Assembly: GCA_016868475.1 (NCBI GenBank)
Contig: VGGU01000001.1
Coordinates: 25,405 to 57,404 of the forward strand
Direction of reading: 5' to 3'
DNA from: Bacteroidota bacterium
Lineage (GTDB): Bacteria > Bacteroidota > Bacteroidia > Chitinophagales > Chitinophagaceae
DNA: 32,000 nt
Under the pieces are notes generated by a model, which saw only the letters and a list, made by a program, of their open reading frames with translations, searched no databases and had not been told where the DNA came from. The number at the start of each line of letters is the position of its first letter. Positions within the stretch are counted from its first letter, which is position 1. Positions 1-8,172 of this stretch are shown piece after piece. The position numbers and the translations under genes were made by a program.

Positions 1-825
1 CCAAGCTTTTCGTTGATGGATCAGTTTATCCAAACAGGTTATCCATTCCATTAATCGTTGATGTGATTCGGTAGTTATTCCGGGACTTTCCGCAAATGCT
101 TTACAATGAGCACTTACAGCAACCATATGCATCAGCTTCGTCTTTTTTTGCCCGGCTCTTTCTCCAAACACCGAAGCGTTAGATTTATGCATTCGCTGAT
201 ACACCAATAGTGCGGGTAAATATTGTACTCCACCTGCCAGAGCAGCTCTTCCGGCTATATACCAATCATAAAATAAATGAGGAGGAAAAGGGAGCGTTTT
301 TTTGATAAAATCAGTACGTGCCAGGATTGCATGACCATTGACCGTATTATACAAACCGAGTTGAAGAATACTTGTTCCTTCAAATCGTCGGTAAAGCGAC
401 TTTGGGGGTGCGGTACGGGGAGTATTGCCGGTAAAAGTCAACGAATCGCAATAAATCAATGGAGTATTATACCTCAATGCGCGGACCAAACGTTCAATTT
501 TCTCTTCATGCCACAAATCGTCCTGATCTGCAAATGCTAAAAGTGGTGTTTCCACACCTGCACAAGCTTGACTAAAATTGTGATTATATCCTTGGTTGCA
601 TTTATTTTGATGCAACTGAATTCGGGAATCGGCAGCCGCATGAATTTTCAATTGTTCCCAAGTTCCATCCGTGGACGCATCATCTGAAATTAAGATCACC
701 AGATTTTTATAGGTCTGATTGCGGATGGGGTGTAATTGCTGATCGATAAACTTTTCCCCGTTGTAAGTACAAAGCACCACAGTAACCGTTGGAGACTCCA
801 TTGCAGCGGAAAAAGGTTCTTTCAT
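1..825 (-). CDS. Glycosyltransferase family 2 (partial; C-terminal part runs off the left edge of the window)
   Basis: Absent from the ORF track because it has no stop in the window. My own reverse-strand translation starts at the ATG (complement of 823-825): MKEPFSAAMESPTVTVVLCTYNGEKFIDQQLHPIRNQTYKNLVILISDDASTDGTWEQL...LLAFADQDDLWHEEKIERL... It stays open for 275 codons down to position 1. VVLCTYNG, SDDASTDGT and DQDD are classic GT-A/GT2 nucleotide-sugar and DXD signatures. Confidence 0.85.
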   Translation of the reverse strand, partial: MKEPFSAAMESPTVTVVLCTYNGEKFIDQQLHPIRNQTYKNLVILISDDASTDGTWEQLKIHAAADSRIQLHQNKCNQGYNHNFSQACAGVETPLLAFADQDDLWHEEKIERLVRALRYNTPLIYCDSLTFTGNTPRTAPPKSLYRRFEGTSILQLGLYNTVNGHAILARTDFIKKTLPFPPHLFYDWYIAGRAALAGGVQYLPALLVYQRMHKSNASVFGERAGQKKTKLMHMVAVSAHCKAFAESPGITTESHQRLMEWITCLDKLIHQRKAW

Positions 826-871
826 ATTAATTAGGCAACTAATAAAATGGTTTACTAAATTGCCATGGTTA

Positions 872-879
872 CAAATCTA
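872..879 (-). promoter_or_regulatory. Candidate Bacteroidota -7 promoter box (TAGATTTG on the minus strand) for the GT2 gene
   Basis: The plus strand reads CAAATCTA. Its reverse complement TAGATTTG matches the TAnnTTTG consensus exactly and lies about 45 nt upstream of the ATG at 825. Confidence 0.45.
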
Positions 880-888
880 TTTTAAAAA

Positions 889-1953
889 TTGCGCATCACC
901 ATTCTTCTTCCGTTTCCGGTAACCAAACCTGTGGGGGGTGCTCGTATTATGTACGAATATGCCAATCGATTTGTGGCACTCGGGCATCAAGTAACCGTGT
1001 TACATACTTTGCGCAGACCTTTTAAAAAAATGCGTTCGCCATTATGGTGGAAGCGATTGATGTTTACAATAAGAGGAGCTAAGCGTCCGGCTTGGTTTCC
1101 GCTGGATAAAAGAGTTAAATCATTAATAGTAGATGAAATTACTGACTCGTTTGTTCCGGATGGAGATGTGTTGTTCTCCACCTGGTGGCAAATGGCCTTT
1201 GCATTAGCTACCCTGTCTCCACAAAAAGGAGTTCCTGTAAACCTTGTGCAGGATTATGAAAACTGGACCGGACAAGCTGATTTGGTAAACGATTCTTATC
1301 GCTTACCCCTAAGACATGCAGCAATTTCCAATTGGCTTCGCCTATTAGTAGAAAAAGAATCAGGGCGAACGGTGCAGTTGTTACCCAATGCCATTGACAC
1401 TACTCAATTTTTGCAAGATGTTGCTCCGCAATCACGAGACCCATTATCAGTATTGGCCTTGTACTCTGAAGAAAAAAGAAAAGGAACTAGTTATATACTG
1501 GATGCTCTTCAACCTCTACGGAACAAATTTCCATTGTTACGTTTTAGTTTTTTTGGAGTATATCCTCGTCCGGAGTCCTTACCAGCATGGGTGAATTATT
1601 ACCAAAAACCCAAGGATTTGAAAACATTGTACAATCAACATGCCATATTTCTTTCTGCGTCTTTGGGAGAGGGTTGGGCCTTGCCTCCGGCAGAAGCCAT
1701 GGCCTGCGGATGTGCAGTAGTTTGTACAAACATCGGCGGGCATGCTGACTACGCTAAGGAAAACCAAACAGCAGTATTGATTCCTACAGAAAATACTACG
1801 GCTATGATTACCGCACTTACTTTGTTGTTTGAAAACACAGCGCTTAGAATTCAACTGGCAGAAAATAGTCGGAAACAGTTATTGGAAAAATTTAGCTGGG
1901 AACAAAGCCTGACTACGGCACTGACCTGGTTTGACTCTTTACAAAAAGAATAA
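889..1953 (+). CDS. Glycosyltransferase family 4 (GT-B fold, GT1/GT4-type)
   Basis: 354 aa. The N-terminus MRITILLPFPVTKPVGGARIMYEYANRFVALGHQVTVL is a typical GT4 first Rossmann strand plus GG loop. The C-terminal LSASLGEGWALPPAEAMACGCAVVCT is an intact EX7E motif. The start is TTG: it is the first possible start after an in-frame TAA at 883-885, and it is needed to keep the conserved N-terminus. Confidence 0.85.
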   Translation: MRITILLPFPVTKPVGGARIMYEYANRFVALGHQVTVLHTLRRPFKKMRSPLWWKRLMFTIRGAKRPAWFPLDKRVKSLIVDEITDSFVPDGDVLFSTWWQMAFALATLSPQKGVPVNLVQDYENWTGQADLVNDSYRLPLRHAAISNWLRLLVEKESGRTVQLLPNAIDTTQFLQDVAPQSRDPLSVLALYSEEKRKGTSYILDALQPLRNKFPLLRFSFFGVYPRPESLPAWVNYYQKPKDLKTLYNQHAIFLSASLGEGWALPPAEAMACGCAVVCTNIGGHADYAKENQTAVLIPTENTTAMITALTLLFENTALRIQLAENSRKQLLEKFSWEQSLTTALTWFDSLQKE

Positions 1954-1962
1954 CTTTACATC

Positions 1963-2691
1963 ATGGCCACAACGCTTTGTTTTGATTTTGGCAATACTCG
2001 TCGTAAAGTAGGTGTATTTGACAAGGCCAACTTACGCGAAGCCATTACGCTTCCGAACGACACCAAGGAAACGATTGAAAAGCTGATCAACGATTTTCGT
2101 CCCACTAAATCTATTCTTTCTTCGGTAGTAAATCATAATCCGGAGATGGAGGAACTGCTTGCTCATCACACCCGCTTTCATAAACTTAATCACCAAACCA
2201 AATTAGCTTTTAGTACACCAGTGGGTAAACCTGAAACAATTGGGGCTGATCGACTGGCTATTGCGGCTGCGGCAGTTCATTACTATCCCAACCAACATAC
2301 ATTAGTAATAGCACTGGGCTCTTGTATTACGTATAATTTTATCAATGCACAGCATGCTTTTCTGGGAGGTGGTATTTCTCCGGGACTGGAAATGCGCTTA
2401 AAATCTTTGCAACATTATACTGCTTTGTTGCCCTTGGTCAAACCAGATGCTGATGCACCCCTGATTGGCTACGATACCACCACCAACATTTTATCGGGAG
2501 TAATTAAAGGAATGGCCTTTGAAATAGATGGATTTGTTGATGCGTATAGTGCTCGTTATGAGAACTTTAACGTGCTATTAACCGGCGGGGATCTGTCCTA
2601 TTTGGCTACCCACTTTAAAAACAGGATATTTGCGGACCCTGATTTAATTTACAAGGGGCTCTATGCCATTAGCGAAGTCAATAATTCCTAA
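1963..2691 (+). CDS. coaX: Type III pantothenate kinase
   Basis: 242 aa. LCFDFGNTRRKVGVF is the DxGNT phosphate-1 motif, GADRLA is conserved, and LLTGGD lies near the C-terminus. Length is typical for CoaX. The gene starts 9 nt after the GT4 gene. Confidence 0.85.
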   Translation: MATTLCFDFGNTRRKVGVFDKANLREAITLPNDTKETIEKLINDFRPTKSILSSVVNHNPEMEELLAHHTRFHKLNHQTKLAFSTPVGKPETIGADRLAIAAAAVHYYPNQHTLVIALGSCITYNFINAQHAFLGGGISPGLEMRLKSLQHYTALLPLVKPDADAPLIGYDTTTNILSGVIKGMAFEIDGFVDAYSARYENFNVLLTGGDLSYLATHFKNRIFADPDLIYKGLYAISEVNNS

Positions 2692-4081
2692 CCGTATCAA
2701 ATTGTTACACAAGTCATTCGGCTTAACCGCCCTATTTATTTTCATCTGGTTAATTCCAGGTTTTACGCAAGACAATTCGCCTTATTCTCGATTTGGAATT
2801 GGCGATTTGACCGCTACTACCAATATTAATAACAGAGGTATGGGCGGGGTTACTGCTGGATTCGCAGATCAACTTTCTGTCAACTTTAATAATCCGGCAT
2901 CTTTTTCGTCCTATCAGGCATGGAAAGAAAAAAAATCAAAAAAGCTAAGTTCTGGTCGCGCCATCTTGGATATTGGAGTTAATGTGGACAATCGCACATT
3001 AAGAGATCCGTTGGTTGTAAAAAATTTTAAAGCCAGCAATGCAGTTTTCTCATACATGCAAGTAGGCATACCTCTTCGTAGAGGGTGGGGCATGAGTTTT
3101 GGCTTACGTCCTGTTTCCCGAATCAGTTATCGTATTGATAAGAGCGAACGATTAACTGATCCAGTAACCGGAGCTCCCATCGATAGCGCCATTACCCGTT
3201 ACAGGGGAGATGGAGGCGCTTATTTAGCCACTGCAGGAACAGGACTTTCCTTATTTAGCAAAGAGAAATTTGGGCTGGAAGAAAAATTAAGTGTGGGCTT
3301 TAACCTGGGCTATTTATTTGGGAAAAAAGATTACAGCAGTCGCCGAAGCTTGATCAATGATTCAGTGGCATATTATCAAGCAAATTTTCAAACAAAGTCT
3401 ACGTTTGGAAAATTACAAGCCAGCGCCGGAATACAGTATCAGATTCCGTTAAACAAAAGCACAACGCTTACTTTAGGAGCTTATGGAAATCTGAAACAAG
3501 AATTAAATGCAGAGCAGGACATACTACGTGAAACATTCTATTATGATCATGGGTTGGGAGAGGTTCGTTTGGATAGCGTATCTGATATTCGCGGGCGTAA
3601 GGGTAAAATGATCTTACCGGCTTCCTATACCATTGGCTTTGTTTGGCAGAAGTACGCTATTCCCAATAAGGAAGGTGGTTGGATGATTGGAGCTGATTAC
3701 AATAGACAATCCTGGAGCGAGTATCGCTTTTTTGGAAAAACAGATTCCATTCAAGATACCTGGGAAATTCGAGTGGGCGCACAGATAAGTCCGATACCTC
3801 GCCACAATTATTTTACAAACGTCAACTATCGTTTTGGATTTTTTGCGGGGCCTGATTATGTGCGCTTGATAAACAAAACTCCTCGTTTTGGTGCCAGTTT
3901 TGGAGCAGGTCTGCCTATTTCCATCAGCCGACAAGCCCCCAATCAAATCACTTTTATCAATGTAGCTTTAGAGTATGTCAAGAGGGGTAACAAGCAGAAT
4001 TTGTTACAGGATAATTTATTCAGGTTCACCCTTGGATTTTCATTGAGTGATATCTGGTTTATCAAGCGACAATATGATTAA
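2663..4081 (+). CDS. Uncharacterised outer-membrane beta-barrel protein (signal peptide, porin-like)
   Basis: 472 aa. The signal peptide reads KSFGLTALFIFIWLIPGFTQ and is followed by an SPYSRFGIGDL motif. Long runs of alternating hydrophobic and polar residues, rich in G, Y, F and N, are typical of OM barrels. It overlaps the coaX end by 29 nt and the lptC start by 8 nt. I cannot name a family. Confidence 0.7.
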   Translation: MPLAKSIIPNRIKLLHKSFGLTALFIFIWLIPGFTQDNSPYSRFGIGDLTATTNINNRGMGGVTAGFADQLSVNFNNPASFSSYQAWKEKKSKKLSSGRAILDIGVNVDNRTLRDPLVVKNFKASNAVFSYMQVGIPLRRGWGMSFGLRPVSRISYRIDKSERLTDPVTGAPIDSAITRYRGDGGAYLATAGTGLSLFSKEKFGLEEKLSVGFNLGYLFGKKDYSSRRSLINDSVAYYQANFQTKSTFGKLQASAGIQYQIPLNKSTTLTLGAYGNLKQELNAEQDILRETFYYDHGLGEVRLDSVSDIRGRKGKMILPASYTIGFVWQKYAIPNKEGGWMIGADYNRQSWSEYRFFGKTDSIQDTWEIRVGAQISPIPRHNYFTNVNYRFGFFAGPDYVRLINKTPRFGASFGAGLPISISRQAPNQITFINVALEYVKRGNKQNLLQDNLFRFTLGFSLSDIWFIKRQYD

Positions 4082-4622
4082 GTCCATTAGGACATCTTTC
4101 CTGGCTATTTTCATTTTATTATTCTCCTCCTGCGAGAACGACGATCGTGTGTTAACTAACTGGACTAAGCAATTACGGCTTAAAGAAGAAGCCACGGATG
4201 TGATAAGTTCAATTAGTCAGGAAGGAAAATTAAAAGCGCGCATCAAAGCACCTATAATGGTCAAGGAAGAGGGGGATACTATTCAAATGACATTTCCCCA
4301 GACGCTTCATTGTGATTTTTATAACGATAGCGCCAAAATAGAAACTCGCCTGGACGCAAAATTTGGGATCTATTACGAAAATCTCAATAAAGTATTTCTA
4401 CGTGATAGCGTTGTGGTAATCACTGAAAAAGGGGATACGCTCATGTCGCCTGAACTCTGGTGGGACCAAGGTTCAAAACTTTTTTACACGGATAAATTTG
4501 CCAGTTACCGCAGTCCGGGCCAACAAATTTTAGGTGGAAAGGGCTTGGAAGCCACCCAGGATTTAAAACGAATTACATTTAAATTTACTACCGGACTAGT
4601 AAATGCACCCGAGAATCATTAG
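4074..4622 (+). CDS. lptC: LPS export system periplasmic/anchored protein LptC (lipoprotein-type signal)
   Basis: I chose the internal ATG at 4074 (MIKSIRTSFLAIFILLFSSCENDD) because it gives a clean lipobox (LFSS-C). About 183 aa, with an OstA/LptC-like all-beta pattern (KARIKAPIMVKEEGDTIQMTFPQTLHCDFYND...LRDSVVVITEKGDTLMSPELWWDQ). Size and position match Bacteroidota LptC annotations as I remember them. The track start at 4047 would add 9 residues. Confidence 0.6.
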   Translation: MIKSIRTSFLAIFILLFSSCENDDRVLTNWTKQLRLKEEATDVISSISQEGKLKARIKAPIMVKEEGDTIQMTFPQTLHCDFYNDSAKIETRLDAKFGIYYENLNKVFLRDSVVVITEKGDTLMSPELWWDQGSKLFYTDKFASYRSPGQQILGGKGLEATQDLKRITFKFTTGLVNAPENH

Positions 4623-4655
4623 GAGTTAACTTTAGGTCCCTCAATTTTTACAGCT

Positions 4656-5645
4656 ATGCTTTATCGTAACATGGGTTGTACAGGTCTTCAGCTAAGTGTC
4701 CTCTCCTTTGGGAGTTGGGTAAGTTTTCATAAGCAAATTGACGATACCATTGCCGACGAACTAATGGGAATTGCCTACGATAATGGAGTCAATTTTTTTG
4801 ACAATGCCGAAGTATATGCACTTGGTGAAAGTGAAAAAATGATGGGGCGTGTGCTCAAGAAAAAAAACTGGGATCGCACTTCTTACACCGTTTCTTCAAA
4901 GGTGTTTTGGGGCTGGAGAGGAAAGGAAAATAAGCCTAATCAACATGGGTTGAGCCGAAAGCACATGGTAGAAGCTTGCCATGAGGCTTTGCAACGACTA
5001 CAAACAGATTATCTGGATCTCTATTTCTGTCATCGTCCAGATAAAAATGTGCCGATAGAAGAAGTGGTATGGACCATGCACAACCTGATCATGCAGGGAA
5101 AGGTTTTATATTGGGGAACCAGCGAGTGGAGCGGTGTGGAAATCATGGAAGCGCATCGGATAGCACAACAACATCATTTGATTGGTCCTGTTGTAGAGCA
5201 ACCGCAATACAATTTGTTTGAACGTAATAAAATTGAGAACGAATTGCTGATGGTTTACAAAACTGTTGGACTTGGTACTACTATTTGGAGTCCACTCGCT
5301 TCAGGCATGTTAACAGGCAAGTATAATAACGGAGTGCCTGATCAAAGTCGTTTTGGAATCAAAGGATTTGAGTGGCTCAAGGATCGCTGGATGCAAGACA
5401 AAGTACTTCTTGCCGTACAATCACTGGGCCAGTTAGCTGCTGAACTGGGTGTTAGCTTACCTGCCTTGAGCATTGCCTGGTGTATAAAAAACCCAAACGT
5501 TACTACGGCTATTTTGGGAGCAACAAAAAAAGAACAGTTGCTGGAGAATTTGAAAGCGCTGGAAGCAGTAGCATTACTCACGCCCGAAATCATGAATAGT
5601 ATTGATACCATTACAGGGACCAAACCTATTCTTCCAGAATATTAA
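4656..5645 (+). CDS. Aldo/keto reductase (Kv-beta / YghZ-like subgroup)
   Basis: 329 aa. MLYRNMGCTGLQLSVLSFGSW is the AKR N-terminus. GVNFFDNAEVY carries the catalytic Asp and Tyr. Other matches are DLYFCHRPD, YWGTSEWS, QPQYNL and the C-terminal ILGATK. Confidence 0.85.
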   Translation: MLYRNMGCTGLQLSVLSFGSWVSFHKQIDDTIADELMGIAYDNGVNFFDNAEVYALGESEKMMGRVLKKKNWDRTSYTVSSKVFWGWRGKENKPNQHGLSRKHMVEACHEALQRLQTDYLDLYFCHRPDKNVPIEEVVWTMHNLIMQGKVLYWGTSEWSGVEIMEAHRIAQQHHLIGPVVEQPQYNLFERNKIENELLMVYKTVGLGTTIWSPLASGMLTGKYNNGVPDQSRFGIKGFEWLKDRWMQDKVLLAVQSLGQLAAELGVSLPALSIAWCIKNPNVTTAILGATKKEQLLENLKALEAVALLTPEIMNSIDTITGTKPILPEY

Positions 5646-5655
5646 AAAACAAATC

Positions 5656-6477
5656 ATGTCATTTGCCGGAAAAACAGTGTTGATTACCGGTGCCACAAGG
5701 GGCATTGGAAAAGAGATAGGGCTTCGATTGGCACGCGAAGGCGCCAATATTATTATTGCTGCCAAAAGTGTAGAAGAAAATCCTAAACTTGGCGGAACAA
5801 TTTACACAGCCGCTGCAGAAATGGAAGCTGCCGGGGGTAAGGCCTTAGCTGTTCCCTGCGATATTCGCTTTGAGGACCAAATACAAAATGTAGTAGATAA
5901 AGGGGTTGCCCAATTTGGGGGCATTGATATTCTCATCAATAACGCTTCTGCCATTTCTTTAACTTCCACGGAACAAACAGAGTCAAAGCGTTTTGATTTG
6001 ATGTACAGTATAAATGTGCGCGGAACCTTTCTGGTTACCAAGGCCTGTATTCCGTTTCTTCAAAAAGGCAGCAATCCGCATATTCTCACGCTGTCTCCTC
6101 CCTTGAATCTTGATCCAAAATGGTTTGCCAATCATGTGGCCTATACGGTAAGCAAATATGACATGAGTTTGCTAACCATAGGCTGGGCCAGAGAACTTAA
6201 GCAGGAGGGTATTGCTGCCAATGCGCTTTGGCCACGTACTACTATTGACACGGCGGCCGTAAGAAATTTATTAGGAGGACAAATGCTGGCCAATATGAGC
6301 CGCAAACCGGAGATCCTTGCTGATGCAGCCTATTATATTCTAAGCAAACCTGCTTCTACTTGCACAGGAAATCTTTTTCTCGATGAGCAAGTACTTGCTG
6401 GGGAAGGCATCACTGATTTGAGTCATTATTCGGTGGTCCCTGGCGCCGAACTTTATACAGATCTATTTGTGGAGTGA
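5656..6477 (+). CDS. SDR family oxidoreductase, HSDL2-like (no SCP2 domain)
   Basis: I start it at the ATG at 5656 (MSFAGKTVLITGATRGIGKEIG). The track start at 5602 would overlap the AKR gene by 44 nt. It has the TGxxxGIG cofactor motif, NNAS, and a YxxxK catalytic pair in YTVSKY. It aligns by eye along its full length with my memory of the human HSDL2 dehydrogenase domain (PKLxGTIYTAA, GGIDILxNNASAISLT, SPPLNL, ALWP). Confidence 0.85.
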   Translation: MSFAGKTVLITGATRGIGKEIGLRLAREGANIIIAAKSVEENPKLGGTIYTAAAEMEAAGGKALAVPCDIRFEDQIQNVVDKGVAQFGGIDILINNASAISLTSTEQTESKRFDLMYSINVRGTFLVTKACIPFLQKGSNPHILTLSPPLNLDPKWFANHVAYTVSKYDMSLLTIGWARELKQEGIAANALWPRTTIDTAAVRNLLGGQMLANMSRKPEILADAAYYILSKPASTCTGNLFLDEQVLAGEGITDLSHYSVVPGAELYTDLFVE

Positions 6478-6480
6478 GGA

Positions 6481-6499
6481 GTCAATATTAATTATTGAC
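6481..6499. terminator. Weak AT-rich palindrome between the convergent SDR and lysS genes
   Basis: GTCAATA-TTAAT-TATTGAC forms a 7-bp stem with a 5-nt loop in the 37-nt gap between the two stop codons. There is no clear U-tract, so function is uncertain. Confidence 0.3.
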
Positions 6500-6514
6500 G
6501 GCGCATTTAAATTG

Positions 6515-8062
6515 TTATGCCTCCGCTGTTCCTTCTTCTTCGGTATGTGTTTTCTCAGGCCTCATCTGAGGGAACAATAATACATCTTGTATAGATGGAT
6601 TGTTGGTCAGTAGCATACAGAGTCGATCAATGCCAAAACCAATACCTGCAGTAGGAGGCATTCCGTATTCGAGTGCACGCAAGAAGTCTTGATCAATAAA
6701 CATGGCCTCATCGTCGCCTCGTTCGGCTAACTTCACTTGTTCCTCAAAACGCTCACGTTGATCTACGGGGTCATTTAATTCGCTATAAGCATTGGCGATC
6801 TCTTTTCCGTTGATCATTAACTCAAATCGTTCTACCAATCCTTGCTTATTCCGATGTTTTTTGGTGAGCGGGCTCATTTCAACTGGATAGTCGATGATAA
6901 AAGTGGGTTGGACATAATGCTTCTCACACTTTTCGCCAAAGATCACATCTATAAGTTTGCCCTTGCCCATGGTATTATCAACATGAATATGCAATTGTTT
7001 ACACACTGTGCGCAATTGTTCTTCATTCATTTCACTAACATCAATGCCTGTGTGTTCTTGGATAGCATCAAAAATACTAATGCGCTTAAAGGGGGCTTTG
7101 AATGAAATAGTATTATCGCCTACAATAACATCCGTTGTGTTACACACATCAAGCGCTGCTTTTTCCAACAACTGTTCAGTGGTTTCCATCATCCAGAAAT
7201 AATCCTTGTACGCCGTATAAAATTCCAAAATGGTGAACTCGGGATTATGGGTTCTATCCATGCCTTCGTTACGAAAATTGCGACTGAACTCATAGACCCA
7301 ATCAAAACCACCTACGATCAATCGTTTTAAATACAGTTCATTGGCAATGCGTAAATAAAGTGGGATGTCTAAGGCATTATGATGCGTAATAAACGGACGT
7401 GCGGCTGCGCCTCCTGGTATACTTTGCAAAACAGGCGTATCTACTTCCAGCGCCCCATGCTCATTCAAAAAAGCGCGTATGGAATTGATCAGTTTAGTTC
7501 GCTTGATAAATGTTTCTTTGACCGTGGGATTGATGATTAAATCCGCATAGCGTTGACGATACTTAAATTCCGGATCCGTAACTGCATCAAAGGTTTGTCC
7601 TTCGGCCTCTTTTACCATAGGTAATGGACGCAATGACTTACTTAATAAGGTAAACTCTTTAACATGAATAGTAAGCTCCCCGGTTTTTGTACGGAACACA
7701 TATCCTTTGACCCCAATGAAATCTCCGATGTCTACTAATTTTTTCCATACCACATCATAGAGTTGTTTGTCTTCACCGGAACAAATCTCATCGCGTTTAA
7801 TGTACACTTGCATTCTTCCCTTTGCATCTTGCAGCACAGCAAAATTTGCCTTTCCCATATCACGTACACTCATGATTCGTCCAGCTATGCAGCAATCAGC
7901 ATAGTCGGCCATGTTATTATCCGTCACCTTCTTCTTGATATCCGAGGAGTAAATATTGACCGGATATAAGGGAGCTGGATATGGCTCAATGCCCATCATG
8001 ATCAATTCCGCGAGTTTTTCGCGTCTTAACTGTTCTTGTTCTGAAAGTTGCAGTGCGCTCAT
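6515..8062 (-). CDS. lysS: Lysine--tRNA ligase, class II
   Basis: 515 aa. It has an N-terminal OB anticodon-binding domain and the class II motifs FRNEGMDRTHNPEFTILEFY (motif 2) and GIGFGIDRLCMLL (motif 3). YADLIINP and ELMINGKEIANAYSELNDP are characteristic of LysS. Confidence 0.95.
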   Translation of the reverse strand: MSALQLSEQEQLRREKLAELIMMGIEPYPAPLYPVNIYSSDIKKKVTDNNMADYADCCIAGRIMSVRDMGKANFAVLQDAKGRMQVYIKRDEICSGEDKQLYDVVWKKLVDIGDFIGVKGYVFRTKTGELTIHVKEFTLLSKSLRPLPMVKEAEGQTFDAVTDPEFKYRQRYADLIINPTVKETFIKRTKLINSIRAFLNEHGALEVDTPVLQSIPGGAAARPFITHHNALDIPLYLRIANELYLKRLIVGGFDWVYEFSRNFRNEGMDRTHNPEFTILEFYTAYKDYFWMMETTEQLLEKAALDVCNTTDVIVGDNTISFKAPFKRISIFDAIQEHTGIDVSEMNEEQLRTVCKQLHIHVDNTMGKGKLIDVIFGEKCEKHYVQPTFIIDYPVEMSPLTKKHRNKQGLVERFELMINGKEIANAYSELNDPVDQRERFEEQVKLAERGDDEAMFIDQDFLRALEYGMPPTAGIGFGIDRLCMLLTNNPSIQDVLLFPQMRPEKTHTEEEGTAEA

Positions 8063-8089
8063 ATTCGGGTTTTTCTACTGTTTCGCGTG

Positions 8090-8097
8090 CAAAGGTA
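8090..8097 (-). promoter_or_regulatory. Candidate -7 promoter box (TACCTTTG on the minus strand) for lysS
   Basis: The plus strand reads CAAAGGTA. Its reverse complement TACCTTTG is an exact TAnnTTTG match, 28 nt upstream of the lysS ATG at 8062. Confidence 0.5.
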
Positions 8098-8123
8098 TTT
8101 GTTTAGTTTGGCGTATCAATGCA

Positions 8124-8147
8124 AAAGCCCCCTATGCAGGAGGCTTT
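8124..8147 (-). terminator. Putative hairpin terminator after the small OM barrel gene
   Basis: The minus strand reads AAAGCCTCC-TGCATA-GGGGGCTTT, a 9-position stem with one mismatch, followed by TGCATT. A second short hairpin, TCCCGC-AAT-GCGGGA, sits at 8154-8168. The U-tract is partly inside the stem, so this is not a textbook terminator. Confidence 0.35.
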
Positions 8148-8172
8148 CGACAATCCCGCATTGCGGGAAATA

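Noticed and set aside
277-540. An 87-aa plus-strand ORF in the track.
   Set aside because: It lies entirely antisense to the well-supported GT2 gene (1-825, minus strand). It has no recognisable motif and a Cys/Arg-rich composition typical of a shadow frame.
2928-2943. Homopolymer tracts, A8 then A6, inside the OM barrel gene as possible slipped-strand phase-variation sites. Similar A7-A8 runs occur at about 4860 and about 28280.
   Set aside because: Runs of 7-8 A encoding Lys-rich segments are common in AT-rich coding DNA and are shorter than typical contingency-locus tracts. The reading frame is intact here.
3614-3946. A 110-aa minus-strand ORF inside the OM barrel gene. Similar antisense ORFs occur at 9428-9784, 14166-14507, 21906-22130 and 31303-31644.
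   Set aside because: All of them sit inside genes with strong family signatures on the opposite strand. None has a promoter box, signal peptide or recognisable domain. I treat them as chance open frames in moderately AT-rich coding DNA.
5602-5655. An 18-codon upstream extension of the SDR ORF that overlaps the end of the aldo/keto reductase gene.
   Set aside because: SDRs begin a few residues before the TGxxxGIG motif. The ATG at 5656 gives that arrangement, 10 nt after the AKR stop.
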